Below, in pieces: positions 1 through 14,131 of a DNA stretch of 64,000 bases; within the stretch, counting starts at the first letter, position 1, and every line of letters begins with the position of its first letter. A model generated the notes under the pieces. The model worked only from the letters and a program-made list of their open reading frames with translations. It ran no database searches and was not told the origin of the DNA. Source of the DNA: Paraspadella gotoi. Its lineage: Eukaryota; Animalia; Chaetognatha. The stretch is taken from positions 15,855,959 through 15,919,958 of the forward strand of contig CM119268.1 in the NCBI GenBank assembly GCA_051294375.1, given 5' to 3'. Both the position numbers and the translations under genes were made by a program.

Positions 1-437
1 GTAAAAGATAATCACTCATTTAGGTAAATTTCTAGCTCCGTTTTTCAGAATTATCCAACACGCAATCTCAATATTTTTATTTCCTCCTAGTGTGGAACGT
101 CGTATTTTGTTCAAGTCCCTCCCTTCCTTTTAATTGAGTTGAATTCGTTCCATAATTTATTGATGTTCGGCTCTCACTCTTTCTCTCTCTCCTTCAGTTT
201 CTCCGTCTCTCTCTCTCACTCTCCCGTTTTCATCGCTTTCCTCTCCCTTCCTTGAATTAACTGACCACCGGTTCTTTATTTACCTCCAGCTTCGCGGAGA
301 GCCATCTCCCGCTCCCCCCCCTACGAATCCCCACTTTCGAGAATCCCGCGTCACGCCTTCAAAGCCCGGAGATGGAAATGGGGGAAAAAAGAGAGTTCCC
401 CCTAAATTTTCAAAAGCAGGCGTCTGTGATGTCACCG

Positions 438-522
<85 letters not shown>

Positions 523-1276
523 TCTCTTTCTCTCTCCAGAAAGCGATAATTCCATTCTCTGATCTGTCCATGAAATCAATGGAACAATGACCATTGGGAA
601 CGAAAAAAAAAGGGAAAAGGGGCGGCTTTTGCCAGCTAAACATGTGGTCAATCCTTAGCTCGAGCGAAAGATAAAATCTCCCGCGAAATATTTATTGAAA
701 CTAATAAATATTTAATAATTAGGAAAAAAAACGAAATTCGTTACCTGAATACGATTTGAGGCACCTGTCTTTAGCGTTTTCATTTTACTGTCTCAGGTTT
801 GGATTGTTTTATCGATAAAGGAAAAATAGTTTTTTCCACAATGAGGTTTTCAGTCGCAAAGTCGCTTTTTAATAATGTGATTCAAAATAATTGACTCAGT
901 AGTTGAATTCGACTTTCAACTATGTTAGACAATTGGACAATAAAGGTGTCCAATCATGTTAAGCTTTAACGAGATGCAATAATGGAATCATCATGGAACC
1001 ATACTTGGCACTTTCCTTGCCAGAAGGAACAAATCTCCTTAAGTTCAGAACCTTTAAGCATCGATTCTTTCTATTCTTTGTATTTGTTTGTATCTTAAAT
1101 TAAAAGTTACATAGCTATTACCTTCACGATGATATGTACTTATAATTTTGGCCACACTGACCTTTTAACCCCGATAAGAATATGAAAACTTTTGAGATAA
1201 GAAGTGATATATTGTTATCAACACCGATGTTAACTGCAACAATATCAAAGCAAAGGGTGATGAGGGTGACAAAAAT

Positions 1277-1339
<63 letters not shown>

Positions 1340-2230
1340 CGAAAGACGAGAAAGAGCGGGTCAAATGAATTTTGCATAAAAAACACAAGTCAACAATAGG
1401 GGGAAAAAAATCAGTGAAATTTGAAGAGATTATGCCATTTTTAATAATTAATAAAAAATAAGTCAGGATCTAAACAACGATTTCGGTATTATGCTACTTC
1501 ATCTGACATCTAGGAATTATTAGTAAACTTTCGAGTATCCTTGGCATAAGAAGGAAATAATTTGGTATCTATCTTGAATAATCTCTAGCAATAACAAGAT
1601 AAATAAAACACAATAAATACGAAAAACGGTCGAAATGCATTATGAGTAAAACAAAGTATTAAAGAGAAAAAAAAACTTGATCAACTAAACTCTCTAAAAC
1701 CTACTAGAGTTAAAGAATAATAACAAAATAATGAGTAAAAACAACGATAATAGGCTCTGAATCAGATTGTCCAACGGAGGCTAAAACGAAAGAATTAGTT
1801 CAAAGAAAAAGACCAAAAAAAAAAAAAAAAATTAAAACAAAAAAGATGATTCACTTTGAGTTTCATTTGCGCTACAATTATTTCACAAAACTTTTTTTTT
1901 ATAAATGATTTACAATGTTTTCACGAGTTTCGGGGAATATTTTTTTTTTAATTTTCGGAGAGAGGGAGGGAAAATGGGTTTGGGATCGGGAGGAGGAATA
2001 AAAAGCTTATCCCTCGTGGGAAGTAAGAGAATTCTTTATATCTGTACCGTAGTATTTTTTTTTCTATAACTTAAAATGTATCGGGTGCACCAAGGAATGG
2101 ACATAAAACATGATTACTGTACTAAATTATGGCACGATTTTTATAAGAAAAGAAAGAAGCCGAGAAGATCCAGGGATAATTAAAAATATTCAATGATAGA
2201 TGAAACTTTAAAGAAGGGGAAAGGAAAAAG
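1..2230 (+). repeat. Duplicated segment, copy of 5919-8160
   Basis: gtaaaagataatcactc... recurs at 5919 and runs colinear to ...aaggaaaaag at 8160, with only small indels or substitutions. The first copy ends at a 25-N spacer. Confidence 0.95.
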
Positions 2231-4265
2231 NNNNNNNNNNNNNNNNNNNNNNNNNAGAAGAGAGAGAGATAATTGATGCGTTTTAGGCTATTGAGGCGGC
2301 GTAAGAAAGGGCTATCAAAGAATTACAGACACAGCATCACTGACATCCCCCACCTCCGCAGACGTCTCTTCAGCAAAGTAGTGATATATAGGGCGTATGA
2401 GGATATTACCATCGAGACACGTCTGTGACGGCGAGACGCTCAGAGTGAGGAGACGACGGGAAGGCCCAGATGAAGGGCGACGGGCGAGGACGCGACATTT
2501 TGGACGACCGCGCCGGTCCGGTCTCCATGGAACGGCGTCGAAATTCAACGCGCTCGCGACGGGCCGTACGACGTGTTGGAACCCGAGGCGTTGTCGACGG
2601 TGGGCGCCGCGGAAGACCGGGTGAAGAGGTCTTTACGGAATTGTGAAATTGCCGAATTTTAGGAAGCAACGAGAGATAGAGCAGAAAGATCATGAATCCC
2701 GCGTCGTTTATATGACGGAAAGATGAGAGAAACCAATCACAGCCTCGTGAAGCCTCACAAAGAGTTACAATTCACTTTTTTTCCAGAAATCTTTCAATCT
2801 CTCTCTTCCCTCTCTCCCCCTCTCTCTCCCCCATTCCTCAAACGCTCGGTCTCACCGTCTTCTGCATCCTCTCCCCAATCTCCACCAAGCCCCGACTGGT
2901 CCTTCTGCTGCATTACTGCCGCCACTCTCGTACCGCCCCGGTCGCCAAAGAGGCGGGGTCAAGTTCGCCGCAGCCGCTGTCCTCAGCCGCCGCGCCAGAC
3001 ATGGGCGTAGTTCTTGCTTGCGTGTATCGTTCTGGTCGCCGCGTCGGCCTGCGTCGGCTGCGTCTGGGCCGACCTTCCTATGGAACCAAAGCGGCGACCA
3101 GTAGTTGACAGAAAGTGTTGACGGAGGCGCCGGGAGTGGCTCGTACGCTTCGTCGCCGCCTCAGGAACGGATCCGAAGAAGATGGCGGCAGCAACGCGGG
3201 CAAGAGGTTTGGAGACTGGTGGCGTTAGCGGTGGCGGTTGCAGTTGACGGGATTGGTGGGCGCCGAGGTGGAATGCGAAGAGTTGGGCGACGATCGTTTG
3301 GGTCTGGAGGATCGTCGCGGGAGGAGAACGTCGACTGAGGTCGAGTGGAGCGCAGGCGGTGGACGGGAGGTCGAGTCTCTTAAGGACTAGGAAAATGTCA
3401 GAATTTCTATTGTAAACTCAAATTAATTCACTAATTCAGCAGAAACTCTAGAGTTTATCGTTCACATCCACCAGAATCAATAAAAATTTATCGCTTTTCC
3501 TCTCTCTCTCTGCTCTCTCTCTCATCCTCCTTCTCTCTCTCTCTCTCTCCTCTTCTCTCTTCTCTCTTCATTCCACTCTCTCTCCATTCACGCTGATGAT
3601 CTGAATTGCGGTTAAGTAGAGAAAGGACGGTGTTCAAGTCCGGCAGAGGTTGGTTGGAATGGAAGCCCTCTCTGTTTTCCGAAGGGCGTAAAGGGAGTCC
3701 TGGGTTATGGTGAGGCGAATGAACAGCGGGGGAAATTTGGCGACAGGAACAAATTTCTTTCGGTAGATGGCGCGCGACAGGTCGGACCGTTCGGAGGGCG
3801 TGACGGGCGATGGAATTCGACTGGGGCGTCGGAAGAGCGGAGCCGAGGAAGGCCTGGCGCGTCCAAACGACGAAGACTCGTCTCTCTGACGGGCGATTAG
3901 TTGAGAGTTTTGGGCGGGAGATTTGGTTAACTTTTCTACGAGGACAATTCTAACGATATAAATATAATATAAAATAGTTATTTTCACAAATAATAGCGAC
4001 GAAAAGTGATCATTGAATGAATAAAAAAAAAATATTAGACCTTTGTCAAATCAATTTCATACGGATCTGATCCGGTCGCCCAAGATAGTTTGCTGCTTCC
4101 ACCTCGATTAAACTTTGAAAGACTTGACTTTCATCCCTGGAAACCATATTCTCTGAACATGATTTAGATTATTAGTTTTCCGAGACTTAAATCTGCCTTT
4201 TTTTGTCCTCCTGTCTCATTAATATAATATAGCTGACAGAATGACTAAGTGTTAACCGTTGACAC

Positions 4266-4375
4266 TCAAGCGTCTTCTCTGCATAGGACCTCCTTCACAA
4301 GACCCCTCAACTCGAACTGATCTTCCTCCAACCGTGTGAAGCTGATGTGTGACTTCGGCCAGCCTCTGATCCAAT
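4266..4375 (-). CDS. Candidate exon phase-compatible with 4816-4990
   Basis: ttttcAG|AT TGG...; the phase-1 join gives DWIRGWPKSHISFTRLEEDQFELRGLVKEVLCREDA*, with a helical or coiled-coil-like composition. Confidence 0.3.
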
Positions 4376-4815
4376 CTGAAAAATCTGCCATGAAAAAAAA
4401 TGGAAATCGATAGGAACAATCAAGCAAAGAGAAACTTCTTAGCCGCTTCGTTTTAAGAGCTAGAGGGACCGCTGGCCGCGGGGGATTCGTTGCTCTTTTC
4501 GATCCGAGGTCGGACGAGTCAAATAATGTTTTTCCAAGACTTCAAAGTTTATGATCCTGTTGTCGCGCCGAAACGTGTAAATCGTTTTTTTTTAAGCTTT
4601 TAATTTAATTACATACTCTTTCACTTTGAATAAATTCTGAATCACCCTTGTCTTTTTTCCTTCACGTCTTTCACACACAATTCTTTCTCTGTCTCTGTCT
4701 CCTCTGTCTTCTCTCTCTCTGGAAGATGACAGACTCATTCACATTTGTTGAGTACATTGTTTAATATCAACCCGAAAAAGTCAAATAGTCCACTGGCCGT
4801 CTGTTCGGTCCTCAC

Positions 4816-4990
4816 CCAAGACTTTATGAACGAGGACGTCCATTCGCGACACCTCTAGCGTCGGACAGGCGTCGGCAAAGCCCGCGGGCATCCTCCGGCC
4901 TTTTTCCCCTTCCGTGGGTCGAGCGCCGGAGTCTCCCTCCGACGTCGTTGCTTTATGCTTCTTCATCTCGTCATAAATATTATTATGTCG
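4816..4990 (-). CDS. Candidate exon of an unidentified gene
   Basis: Boundaries are ttttctAG|CGA CAT... and ...TTG G|GTGAGG. Open frame RHNNIYDEMKKHKATTSEGDSGARPTEGEKGRRMPAGFADACPTLEVSRMDVLVHKVL in a GC-rich island. No family recognised. Confidence 0.35.
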
Positions 4991-5168
4991 CTAGAAAATA
5001 GAGAACGGACGGGCGGGCAGGCGGGCACGCGGCAGTCGGGCAGGCACGCGGCGCTGCGCCTTGTGTGTGCGAGCTCGCTCGCGCTACGGTCATTCCAACG
5101 GTCATTTTTACTATTTTTTCATTCAAGCTCTCTCCGTCTCTCTCTTCTCCTCTTTTTCTTCCTTCTCT

Positions 5169-5232
<64 letters not shown>

Positions 5233-6358
5233 TCTCCTTGAATAAAAAATTATGCGGCCAATACTTCAACTCAGAGAGGGAGAAAGTAGCCATTATTGCG
5301 GAGAGAAAGGGAAGGCTGTCCGAGTTATGGTAGAGGGACATAACTATAACGCATAAAAAACGCTTCACAATCGAAAACGATTTTCTTTCTTTGCCTCGCG
5401 GCGCTAGGATCGCCCCTTCGTCTCGCCGTCGCCGGTCGGTATCGTCGTCTATCGTCGTTTCGGATCGTCGTCCCTGTCATTGCATATTGCCAACCACTCC
5501 ATACTATGGCCATTGCTGGTCGACTTTGACTTTACAGTTTGTCACTACTGTTGCTATTGTTTTCATCACAATGATTTTATATTCTTTCACAGAATACAGT
5601 TCCTTTTTACTAAAGTAGTATCTTCATCTCTGTCGCTGATACAGTACATTGTTGTCAGTATTAATGCTTATCGTTACTGTCACAACGTGTCTACAGTTGC
5701 CTTTGCCGTTGGTTCTCGTCAAGTTTTGTAAGTTGTCGTCAACCGTCGCTGCGGTCGTCGTCGTCGTCGTCGACGTCGTCGTCTCTTCTTCGTAGCCGCC
5801 GCCGACTCATCACAAAGCTTAGTTATCGCTTCTGGTCATAACTCTTAAGCACTCGAAAAGGTTTCGAATGCCTTTGGCGAAGTGATATTGGGGAAACGAT
5901 AAATACGCACTGAGATTTGTAAAAGATAATCACTCATTTAGGTAAATTTCTAGCTCCGTTTCAGAATTATCCAACAACGCAATCTCAATATTTTATTTCC
6001 TCCTAGTGTGGAACGTCGTATTTTGTTCAAGTCCCTCCCTTCCTTTTAATTGAGTTGAATTCGTTCCATAATTTATTGATGTTCGGCTCTCACTCTTTCT
6101 CTCTCTCCTTCAGTTTCTCCGTCTCTCTCTCTCACTCTCCCGTTTTCATCGCTTTCCTCTCCCTTCCTTGAATTAACTGACCACCGGTTCTTTATTTACC
6201 TCCAGCTTCGCGGAGAGCCATCTCGTCCCTCCCCCCCTACGAATCCTCCCACTTTCGCAGAATCCCCGGTCACGCCTTTCAAAGCCCGGAGATGGAAATG
6301 GGGGAAAAAGAGGAGTTCCCCCTAAATTTTCAAAAGCAGGCGTCTGTGATGTCCACCG

Positions 6359-6444
<86 letters not shown>

Positions 6445-7193
6445 TCTCTTTCTCTCTCCAGAAGCGATAATTCCATTCTCTGATCTGTCCATGAATCATG
6501 GAACAATGACCATTGGGAACGAAAAAAAAAGGGAAAAGGGGCGGCTTTTGCCAGCTAAACATGTGTCAATCCTTAGCTCGAGCGAAAGATAAAATCTCCC
6601 GCGAAATATTATTGAAAACTAATAATATTTAATAATTAGGAAAAAAACGAAATTCGTTACCTGAATACGATTTGAGGCCACCTGTCTTTAGCGTTTTCAT
6701 TTTTCTGTCTCAGGTTTGGATTGTTTTATCGATAAAGGAAAAATAGTTTTTTCCACAATGAGGTTTTCAGTCGCAAAGTCGCTTTTAATAATGTGATTCA
6801 AAATAATTGACTCAGTAGTTGAATTCGACTTTCAACTATGTTAGACAATTGGACAATAAAGGTGTCCAATCATGTTAAGCTTTAACGAGATGCAATAATG
6901 GAATCATCATGGAACCATACTTGGCACTTTCCTTGCCAGAAGGAACAAAATCTCCTAAGTTCAGAACCTTTAAGCATCGATTCTTTCTATTCTTTGTATT
7001 TGTTTGTATCTTAAATTAAAAGTTACATAGCTATTACCTTCACGATGATATCTACTTATAATTTTGGCCACACTGACCTTTTAACCCCGATAAGAATATG
7101 AAAACTTTTGAGATAAGAAGTGATATATTGTTATCAACACCGATGTTAACTGCAACAATATCAAGAGCAAAGGGTGATGAGGGTGACAAAAAT

Positions 7194-7275
<82 letters not shown>

Positions 7276-8176
7276 TTCGAAAGACGAGAAAGAGCGGGTC
7301 AAATGAATTTTGCATAAAAAAACACAAGTCACAATAGGGGGAAAAAAATCAGTGAAATTTGAAGAGATTATGCCATTTTTAATAATTAATAAAAATAAGT
7401 CAGGATCTAAACAACGATTTCGGTATTATGCTACTTCATCTGACATCTAGGAATTATTAGTAACTTTCGAGTATCCTTGGCATAAGAAGGAAATAATTTG
7501 GTATCTATCTTGAATAATCTCTAGCAATAACAAGATAAATAAAACACAATAAATACGAAAAACGGTCGAAATGCATTATGAGTAAAACAAAGTATTAAAG
7601 AGAAAAAAAACTTGATCAAAAACTCTCTAAAACCTACTAGAGTTAAAGGAATAATAACAAAATAATGAGTAAAAAACAACGATAATAGGCTCTGAATCAG
7701 ATTGTCCAACGGAGGCTAAAACGAAAGAATTAGTTCAAAGAAAAAGACCAAAAAAAAAAAAAAAATTAAACAAAAAAGATGATTCACTTTGAGTTTCATT
7801 TGCGCTACAATTATTTCACAAAACTTTTTTTTATAAATGATTTACATGTTTTCACGAGTTTCGGGAATATTTTTTTTTTAATTTTCGGAGAGAGGGAGGA
7901 AAAATGGGTTTGGGATCGGGAGGAGGAATAAAAAGCTTATCCTCGTGGGAAGTAAGAGAATTCTTTATATCTGTACCGTAGTATTTTTTTTTTTTATAAC
8001 TTAAAATGTATCGGGTGCACCAAGGAATGGACATAAAACATGATTACTGTACTAAATTATGGCACGATTTTTATAAGAAAAGAAAGAAGCCGAGAAGATC
8101 CAGGGATAATTAAAAATATTCAATGATAGATGAAACTTTAAAGAAGGGGAAAGGAAAAAGAAGAGACAATGAAAGA

Positions 8177-8274
<98 letters not shown>

Positions 8275-8548
8275 TACAGAAAGACTAAAGATCACAGTTG
8301 GGCTTAAGTATTTCTGAATGTGCGACGTCTTATATCAACTTATATTTCTTTTTTAAAAAAAGACGAAAACGAGAACCAAGTTCGGCCCAAATTTAAAGAA
8401 TCGCGCTTCGGCCGGAGAGAGCGAGAGAGAGAGAGAGGGCGAGAGAGTCGGGAGAGTGAGAGACAATTCGGGTTTTTTTGAAAATTATCCCATCGATGAA
8501 CTGACGAAAGCGATGATAAGCGAAAGTAAAATGCATGCAGATGAAATG

Positions 8549-8627
<79 letters not shown>

Positions 8628-10791
8628 GAGAGGGAGAAAGAGAGAGAGAGAGATTGTCTGTTGTGAACTCTAACTTATTCGAGAGCTAGAATTGCTTGTG
8701 AAAGAGAGAGAGAAATACATCTGAGCAAATATTTGCATTGACAAAGAATTGCTTCATTTGTAACTGATTCAATAGACGGAAAAATACGCAAAATCCAAGT
8801 ATTTGTTTTTGTTTTGTAAACATGATTTTTTTTTTCAAGAAAGCTTGTAAGTCACATTGATTCCTCCAAAAATAGTTAAATATGGCAGTTTAATGCAATT
8901 GAAAATGGATAGAGAGAAAAAAGTAATATCCATATTGCGAAATTTTTCGTCGGATAATTTGGGGGAAGAAAGAAAAAAAGAAGGATTTACACACTGAACA
9001 TAACCGAAGCTTCATTTCGCGTTTTGATTGTAAAAAAATTGTAATTACGATAATATGTGGTTTTTTTTTTTTTCAAATTCCAAGATCTGCGCTACGATTG
9101 CTGTTTTGGAGAGAAATATTTTAAATTAAAAAAGGTTATCTAAATTTGTTTTCTACATAAATAAACAAAACATTTTCCGATTTGCTTTTTATTTTCTCTC
9201 CGAAAGGCAGTCGGCGGAAGAAGAAGAGAAGGAGACGCAGAAGCCAACTTTTTTTGCCGCCATAGTAGAAAATTGGCTTCGCACTTTGTTTCCGTTTTTA
9301 TATCGTCCATTCGTTTATTGATTTAAATTCGAAGCCGTGTCTCGAGGGGATGCATCGATGGCTCCCCCTTATGCGGCAGAAGGAGAACATTTTTTGGGGG
9401 CAAGGCATTACTGGTAGATGTGATATCCAAACATCACAATGATGCTTTTTTTTTAACTTTTTTGTTTTTAATTCTAAAGATCCAAGATGACTTTTTTTCG
9501 TGTTTATTATATTCAGTAGGGAAAGGAGAATTGTGATATACACGAAAGGGAAAAAAAGTAAATATGAAAAAAAAATGAAAGTTGAAAGAAAGCGAGAGAA
9601 AGATAGAGAGATTATTTATTACAGGGAAAAGGTTTTAATTTTGTTATGTTTACAAACGTATCCACGAAACGTATTTAGATTCGTAATCAATAAATTGTTT
9701 TAATGAACATTTCACTCTGATAGTTGAAAATTAATCACAAACGATATTTTTTTGGGCACCACAAACTGACGTTACAGCCAAAGCCGCCGCAAGTCGGCTC
9801 AAGTTGAATATTTTGGGCATCGTTCCATTTATACTATAATTGTTATATTATACGTGGATTTAATTAAATGCGAGATTTAAAACGATTTCTTCAGAGCCAC
9901 AGGGACGAGCCTTGTCGAGTAATTTCGTAATCTATTATATATTGGGTTCGTTTTATAACCTCATGGCACATTTAAGATATTTAAGACGAACAACTAAAAA
10001 GAATAACATAAAAGGAAAAAAAAGGGAAAAAAAAAACTACAAAAAAACACAATTATGCCGAATTTCAAAACATTTTTTGATTAAATCAACTTTATAGTAA
10101 AGCTTTTATACCGAAGTAGAAAAACGTAATAAATTAATGAGAAAAAAAGATCTGAGCAATAAGTTTTCTTTTTGGTGTATATGTACAAAGAGATAGAAAA
10201 AGTCAAACGAAAAATAAAATAAATCATTGACAGTAATTTTTTTTTTTTGGTAACGGAAAATAATGGTAAAGAAAACAATTTTTAAAGTAAACCAAAACTC
10301 ATCATGTGGGGAACGACAGAAAGAGAGAGTGATAGGGAGAAAAAGGAGACGAAAATGGTAGATAAAGCTATCGTTTAATAATAATAATAAAATAATAATA
10401 AGAATTATAATAAACCTCCGTATGAAACGTACGTTCGATCGCATGATGACGACCGATGACGAAGATGACGACGATGACGAAGATGATGACGATGATGACG
10501 AAGACGATGATCGCGTCGACGACGATGACGATAATGAAGATGAAAATGATTGGCACGCGAAGTAGCTATATATGTTAGCCGTTAGATGATGCTGGGATTA
10601 GTTGTGTCCTAATTGCAAGGGGGAGAAAAAAAACCGAAGCCCACTTCTTCTTTTTTCTCGGACGCGCCAAAATGCGCCTCCATATTTTTTTTTCGCTAAT
10701 GTTGTGATCTTCGTTGTTGTGGGTTTTGGTTTTTCATTTCCGAGCGAGGGAATCTCGTGAGACTCGTCCACGCGGGTCGAGGGCGCCGCCT

Positions 10792-10881
10792 TCAGCAGGT
10801 CTTCTCGAGCTCCTCCATCCAATTGGGCGACTTGAAGAACTCGGGCACCGTGTCGTCCATGCGGGCGATGATTTTGTAAAT
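10792..10881 (-). CDS. pros: Prospero terminal coding exon
   Basis: gacAG|ATT TAC AAA... translates as [29 protein letters not shown] (90 nt, phase 0). This matches the conserved Prospero/PROX1 C-terminus (IYKII.R.DD.VPE.FKSPN..E.LE). Confidence 0.96.
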   Translation of the reverse strand: MYKIIARMDDTVPEFFKSPNWMEELEKTC

Positions 10882-11286
10882 CTGTCGGGACAAAAGAATC
10901 AGAATAAGATTGAGTCTAAAAATGAGGATAAGAATTAGAATAAAAAAAAAAATGGAATGCAATTGAATTAAATGAAATCGCATAAAAGTTAAAGAAAATA
11001 TAAAGTTAGCTGCCAAAAAAAAAAAAATAAACAAATTCCCGAATTCGGTACAATCCACTACGAAAACATTTGCATTTAACTTTGAGACTTCAGACGGTTG
11101 ACGGCAACGAAATTATGATGACTAAAAATATCGCGTGACTTCTGAGTTTAAGTTCAAAATAATTTCTTTGCCCTCGAAAAACGTTTCATTTATAAACATC
11201 GCCTCATTGGCTCCGAGAGCACGTGACCACACCGACCACACCGCCGCCGATCGCGACGACAACGACAACAACAAAGTCCCCCTCAC

Positions 11287-11530
11287 CTGCTTCTTCCAAC
11301 TGGGCTCGGCGTCCTTTCCCGCGCGAACCGACTTGTAGAATTCCCTCAGCGTCGCTTCCACGGTTTTCCTGAAAGAGGGCGGGACTTCGATCTGGTTGTT
11401 CCGGTTGTAGTGGAGATTGAGGACGCGGTAGATCTCGGATTCCGTCGAGACGTGGATCTCCTCGGGATTCTGAACGCCCTCGGCGATCGCTTGGCGGGCG
11501 TACTTCTCCATCTGGATGTAGTAGAATTCA
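11287..11530 (-). CDS. pros: Prospero homeodomain helix 3 end / Prospero domain exon
   Basis: Boundaries are ccccacAG|T GAA TTC TAC... and ...AAG AAG CAG|GTGAGG. Translation: [81 protein letters not shown]. Length is 244 nt (1 nt + 81 codons). Confidence 0.97.
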
Positions 11531-11825
11531 CTGTGGGGGAGGGGGGAAAAGGGTGAGGGGGGGAGGGATTATTAAGATGGAGAAGAATTCGCTGTGGCAA
11601 TTTGAAGATGGGGGTTGATCGGTTTTAAGAGATGCTCTCAAAAATGAGGGGAATATAAGGGATTTAGAAAAAAAAAGGAAACAAAACAACAACTGAAAAT
11701 CAAGATTCATGCTTGAAATGTATAATATGCTAAATAAGTATGCTCCATTTTCTTAGTCCAAAAACCTTTTCAAAATAACTCCAGTTCCGCGCTTAAAATT
11801 GGTAGCCAAAAAAATCAAAGAGAGA

Positions 11826-11901
11826 GAGAGAAAGAGAGAAAGAGAGAAAGAGAGAAAGAGAGAAAGAGAGAAAGAGAGAAAGAGAGAAAGAGAGAAAGAG
11901 A
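11826..11901. repeat. (AAAGAGAG)n 8-mer tandem repeat
   Basis: About 9 units directly visible. Confidence 0.9.
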
Positions 11902-12139
11902 ATTTATCGCACCGGAAGGTGAAATTCAAAGTTGACCAAAGTCAACTTTAATCGGGTCTCTGTTAATTTTTTTTCTTTGAGGGTTAGAGGATAAGTGCCG
12001 ACCTCTCTTTCTCTCTTTCTCTCTCTTTCTTTCACTTTGTTTCGACATTGTGTGCCGATGAGAGGTGAAAGAGATGCCGGATTTTTGTGGGATCATCCAA
12101 TTTCTTAAGAAACACGGGTTTGTCCTTCTTGTCATCGTT

Positions 12140-12171
<32 letters not shown>

Positions 12172-12320
12172 TATCTTCATCATCATCTCCGTCGTGGTCT
12201 TAAATTTTCTCTGTCAATAATCTAGCGCATTCTGCTTTAACCTGGGCGAAAAAAAAAGATCGATCCGGGAAGATTGCCCGGAGAAAAATTTTTTTAGGGC
12301 TCGGGAGAAAGAAGAGAAGG

Positions 12321-12398
<78 letters not shown>

Positions 12399-14081
12399 CC
12401 CCCATCTCGTGTAAAGAGGCTTTTAAAGATTCTCGAGTCAAATAAAGAAGCGGCGAAAGTCGGTCGGTCGTTCGGTCTCCGCCGAAGAAGAAAAAACTCG
12501 ACGACGAAGTGAAGTTTTTTGTGTGTGAATATTTTTTCGTCGGGGGAGATCGTGTGAACTCGCCTTCGACGATTCTGGGAGGGAGAGAGAGAGAGGGAGG
12601 GGAAGAAAAAGGGAGAGAGAGGGAGAAGATGATGAGGGCGGAAAATAGAAACAAGAAGGAACTTTTCTTTTTCGACCTTAATTTCTTAAATTCAGAATAT
12701 ATAACTGAATAATAAACATCAACATGGACACGATTTTTAAAAAAAAAAGGAATCAGGTTTGATAACATTAGCCAGTAGCCAATAGTCTTATTACATGTAG
12801 CGCTCGAAAAAAAAAAAGACGAGTCCTCGATTTTCCTCGCAGGCTACACTTAATCAATCCCGTTTTAAAAAATGTCTTCTTAGATTTATACGAATGAAAA
12901 TAAGTAACAATTAAGAAAATTGGACCGACGACACCCCTTCCTCCTCTTCCCCCCCCTCAACCTTTCCTTCCTTACTTCCTCTCCTCCTCATCCTCCTCCT
13001 CATGGACATATGCGGTGACGCAGAAGAAAAAACAAGCTTTGAGAGAGGAGAGGGTTGGAGGTGTGGCGATGGGGGTTTAATGGGGCTGGGGGAGTGGATG
13101 ATGGAGACGAGACGTCTGAGCGATGTGGAATTAAGGGAACAAAGTACTCGCTTATATTCATTCATTGGACTCAAGCTTAGGAGGACAAGGATATACTCCT
13201 GGAGAGAGGAGAATGAGAAGAGGAATGATGAAGTTAGGAATTGGTTTTTGGTTTTGTTAGCTACGGATTTGAACGTGAGGAGGAGACAAGATTGCCGGGC
13301 GGTGTGATGTTTCGGACCAGAATCATCAGCAGGCAAGTATCAACGCCCGCCGCGCTCCGGATCAGCCACTGCAGCCAGTGGACTGCAGGAATCCGCACCT
13401 GCCGGAGCGGGCTGCGCGTTTTTTTGTGCCCAAGGGTGCAGAAGGAATCTCTCGAACGAGGAGAAGGCAAAAGAAGAAGGAGAAGTGAGGAAAATTTCAG
13501 CTCTATTATCCTCACAGAACACCCTCTTTCATCTATTTAAATTAAAGAATTAAAGATAATTTTATTCAGATGTTAGCGTGAAAAATCCAAAGATAATTCG
13601 CGGATAGACCATCGCCCAGCCATTAATGTAAATCTCATAATTTTCCATTTTTGAAGGCTTTGATTTATTTTCGGAATTTTAATTTTGTAAACGTTTTTAA
13701 ACACGAGGCTGCTACACATGCAAATGAGAATATAGTTTCTATTCGGACATAAAGGATTTATTCGCGTGAGAAAGAAATATAAAGAACGCGAGAAATAGAG
13801 AGTGTGATATTGGATTAACCCCCCGGCGAATCAGCGGACGACCATCACTCTTTTCTCTTTCAATCTCGAACAACGCCCCGGAACTCCCCCTCGGGCAAGG
13901 TGCGGTAAAGAAACAGGCCGAGAGGACGGCCCTCGGTTCGGGTAATCGCCGACTGAAGACATTTCTCCCGGACAAAAGCCTCGACGAATCTAGGAGGCGA
14001 AATCGGAAGAACGGTTGTCGTCGAGTTGTGCCCGGACAATTCCTCGGTAACTGTTTTGTCGCGTGAGCGCGGGAAAGGAGA

Positions 14082-14131
<50 letters not shown>

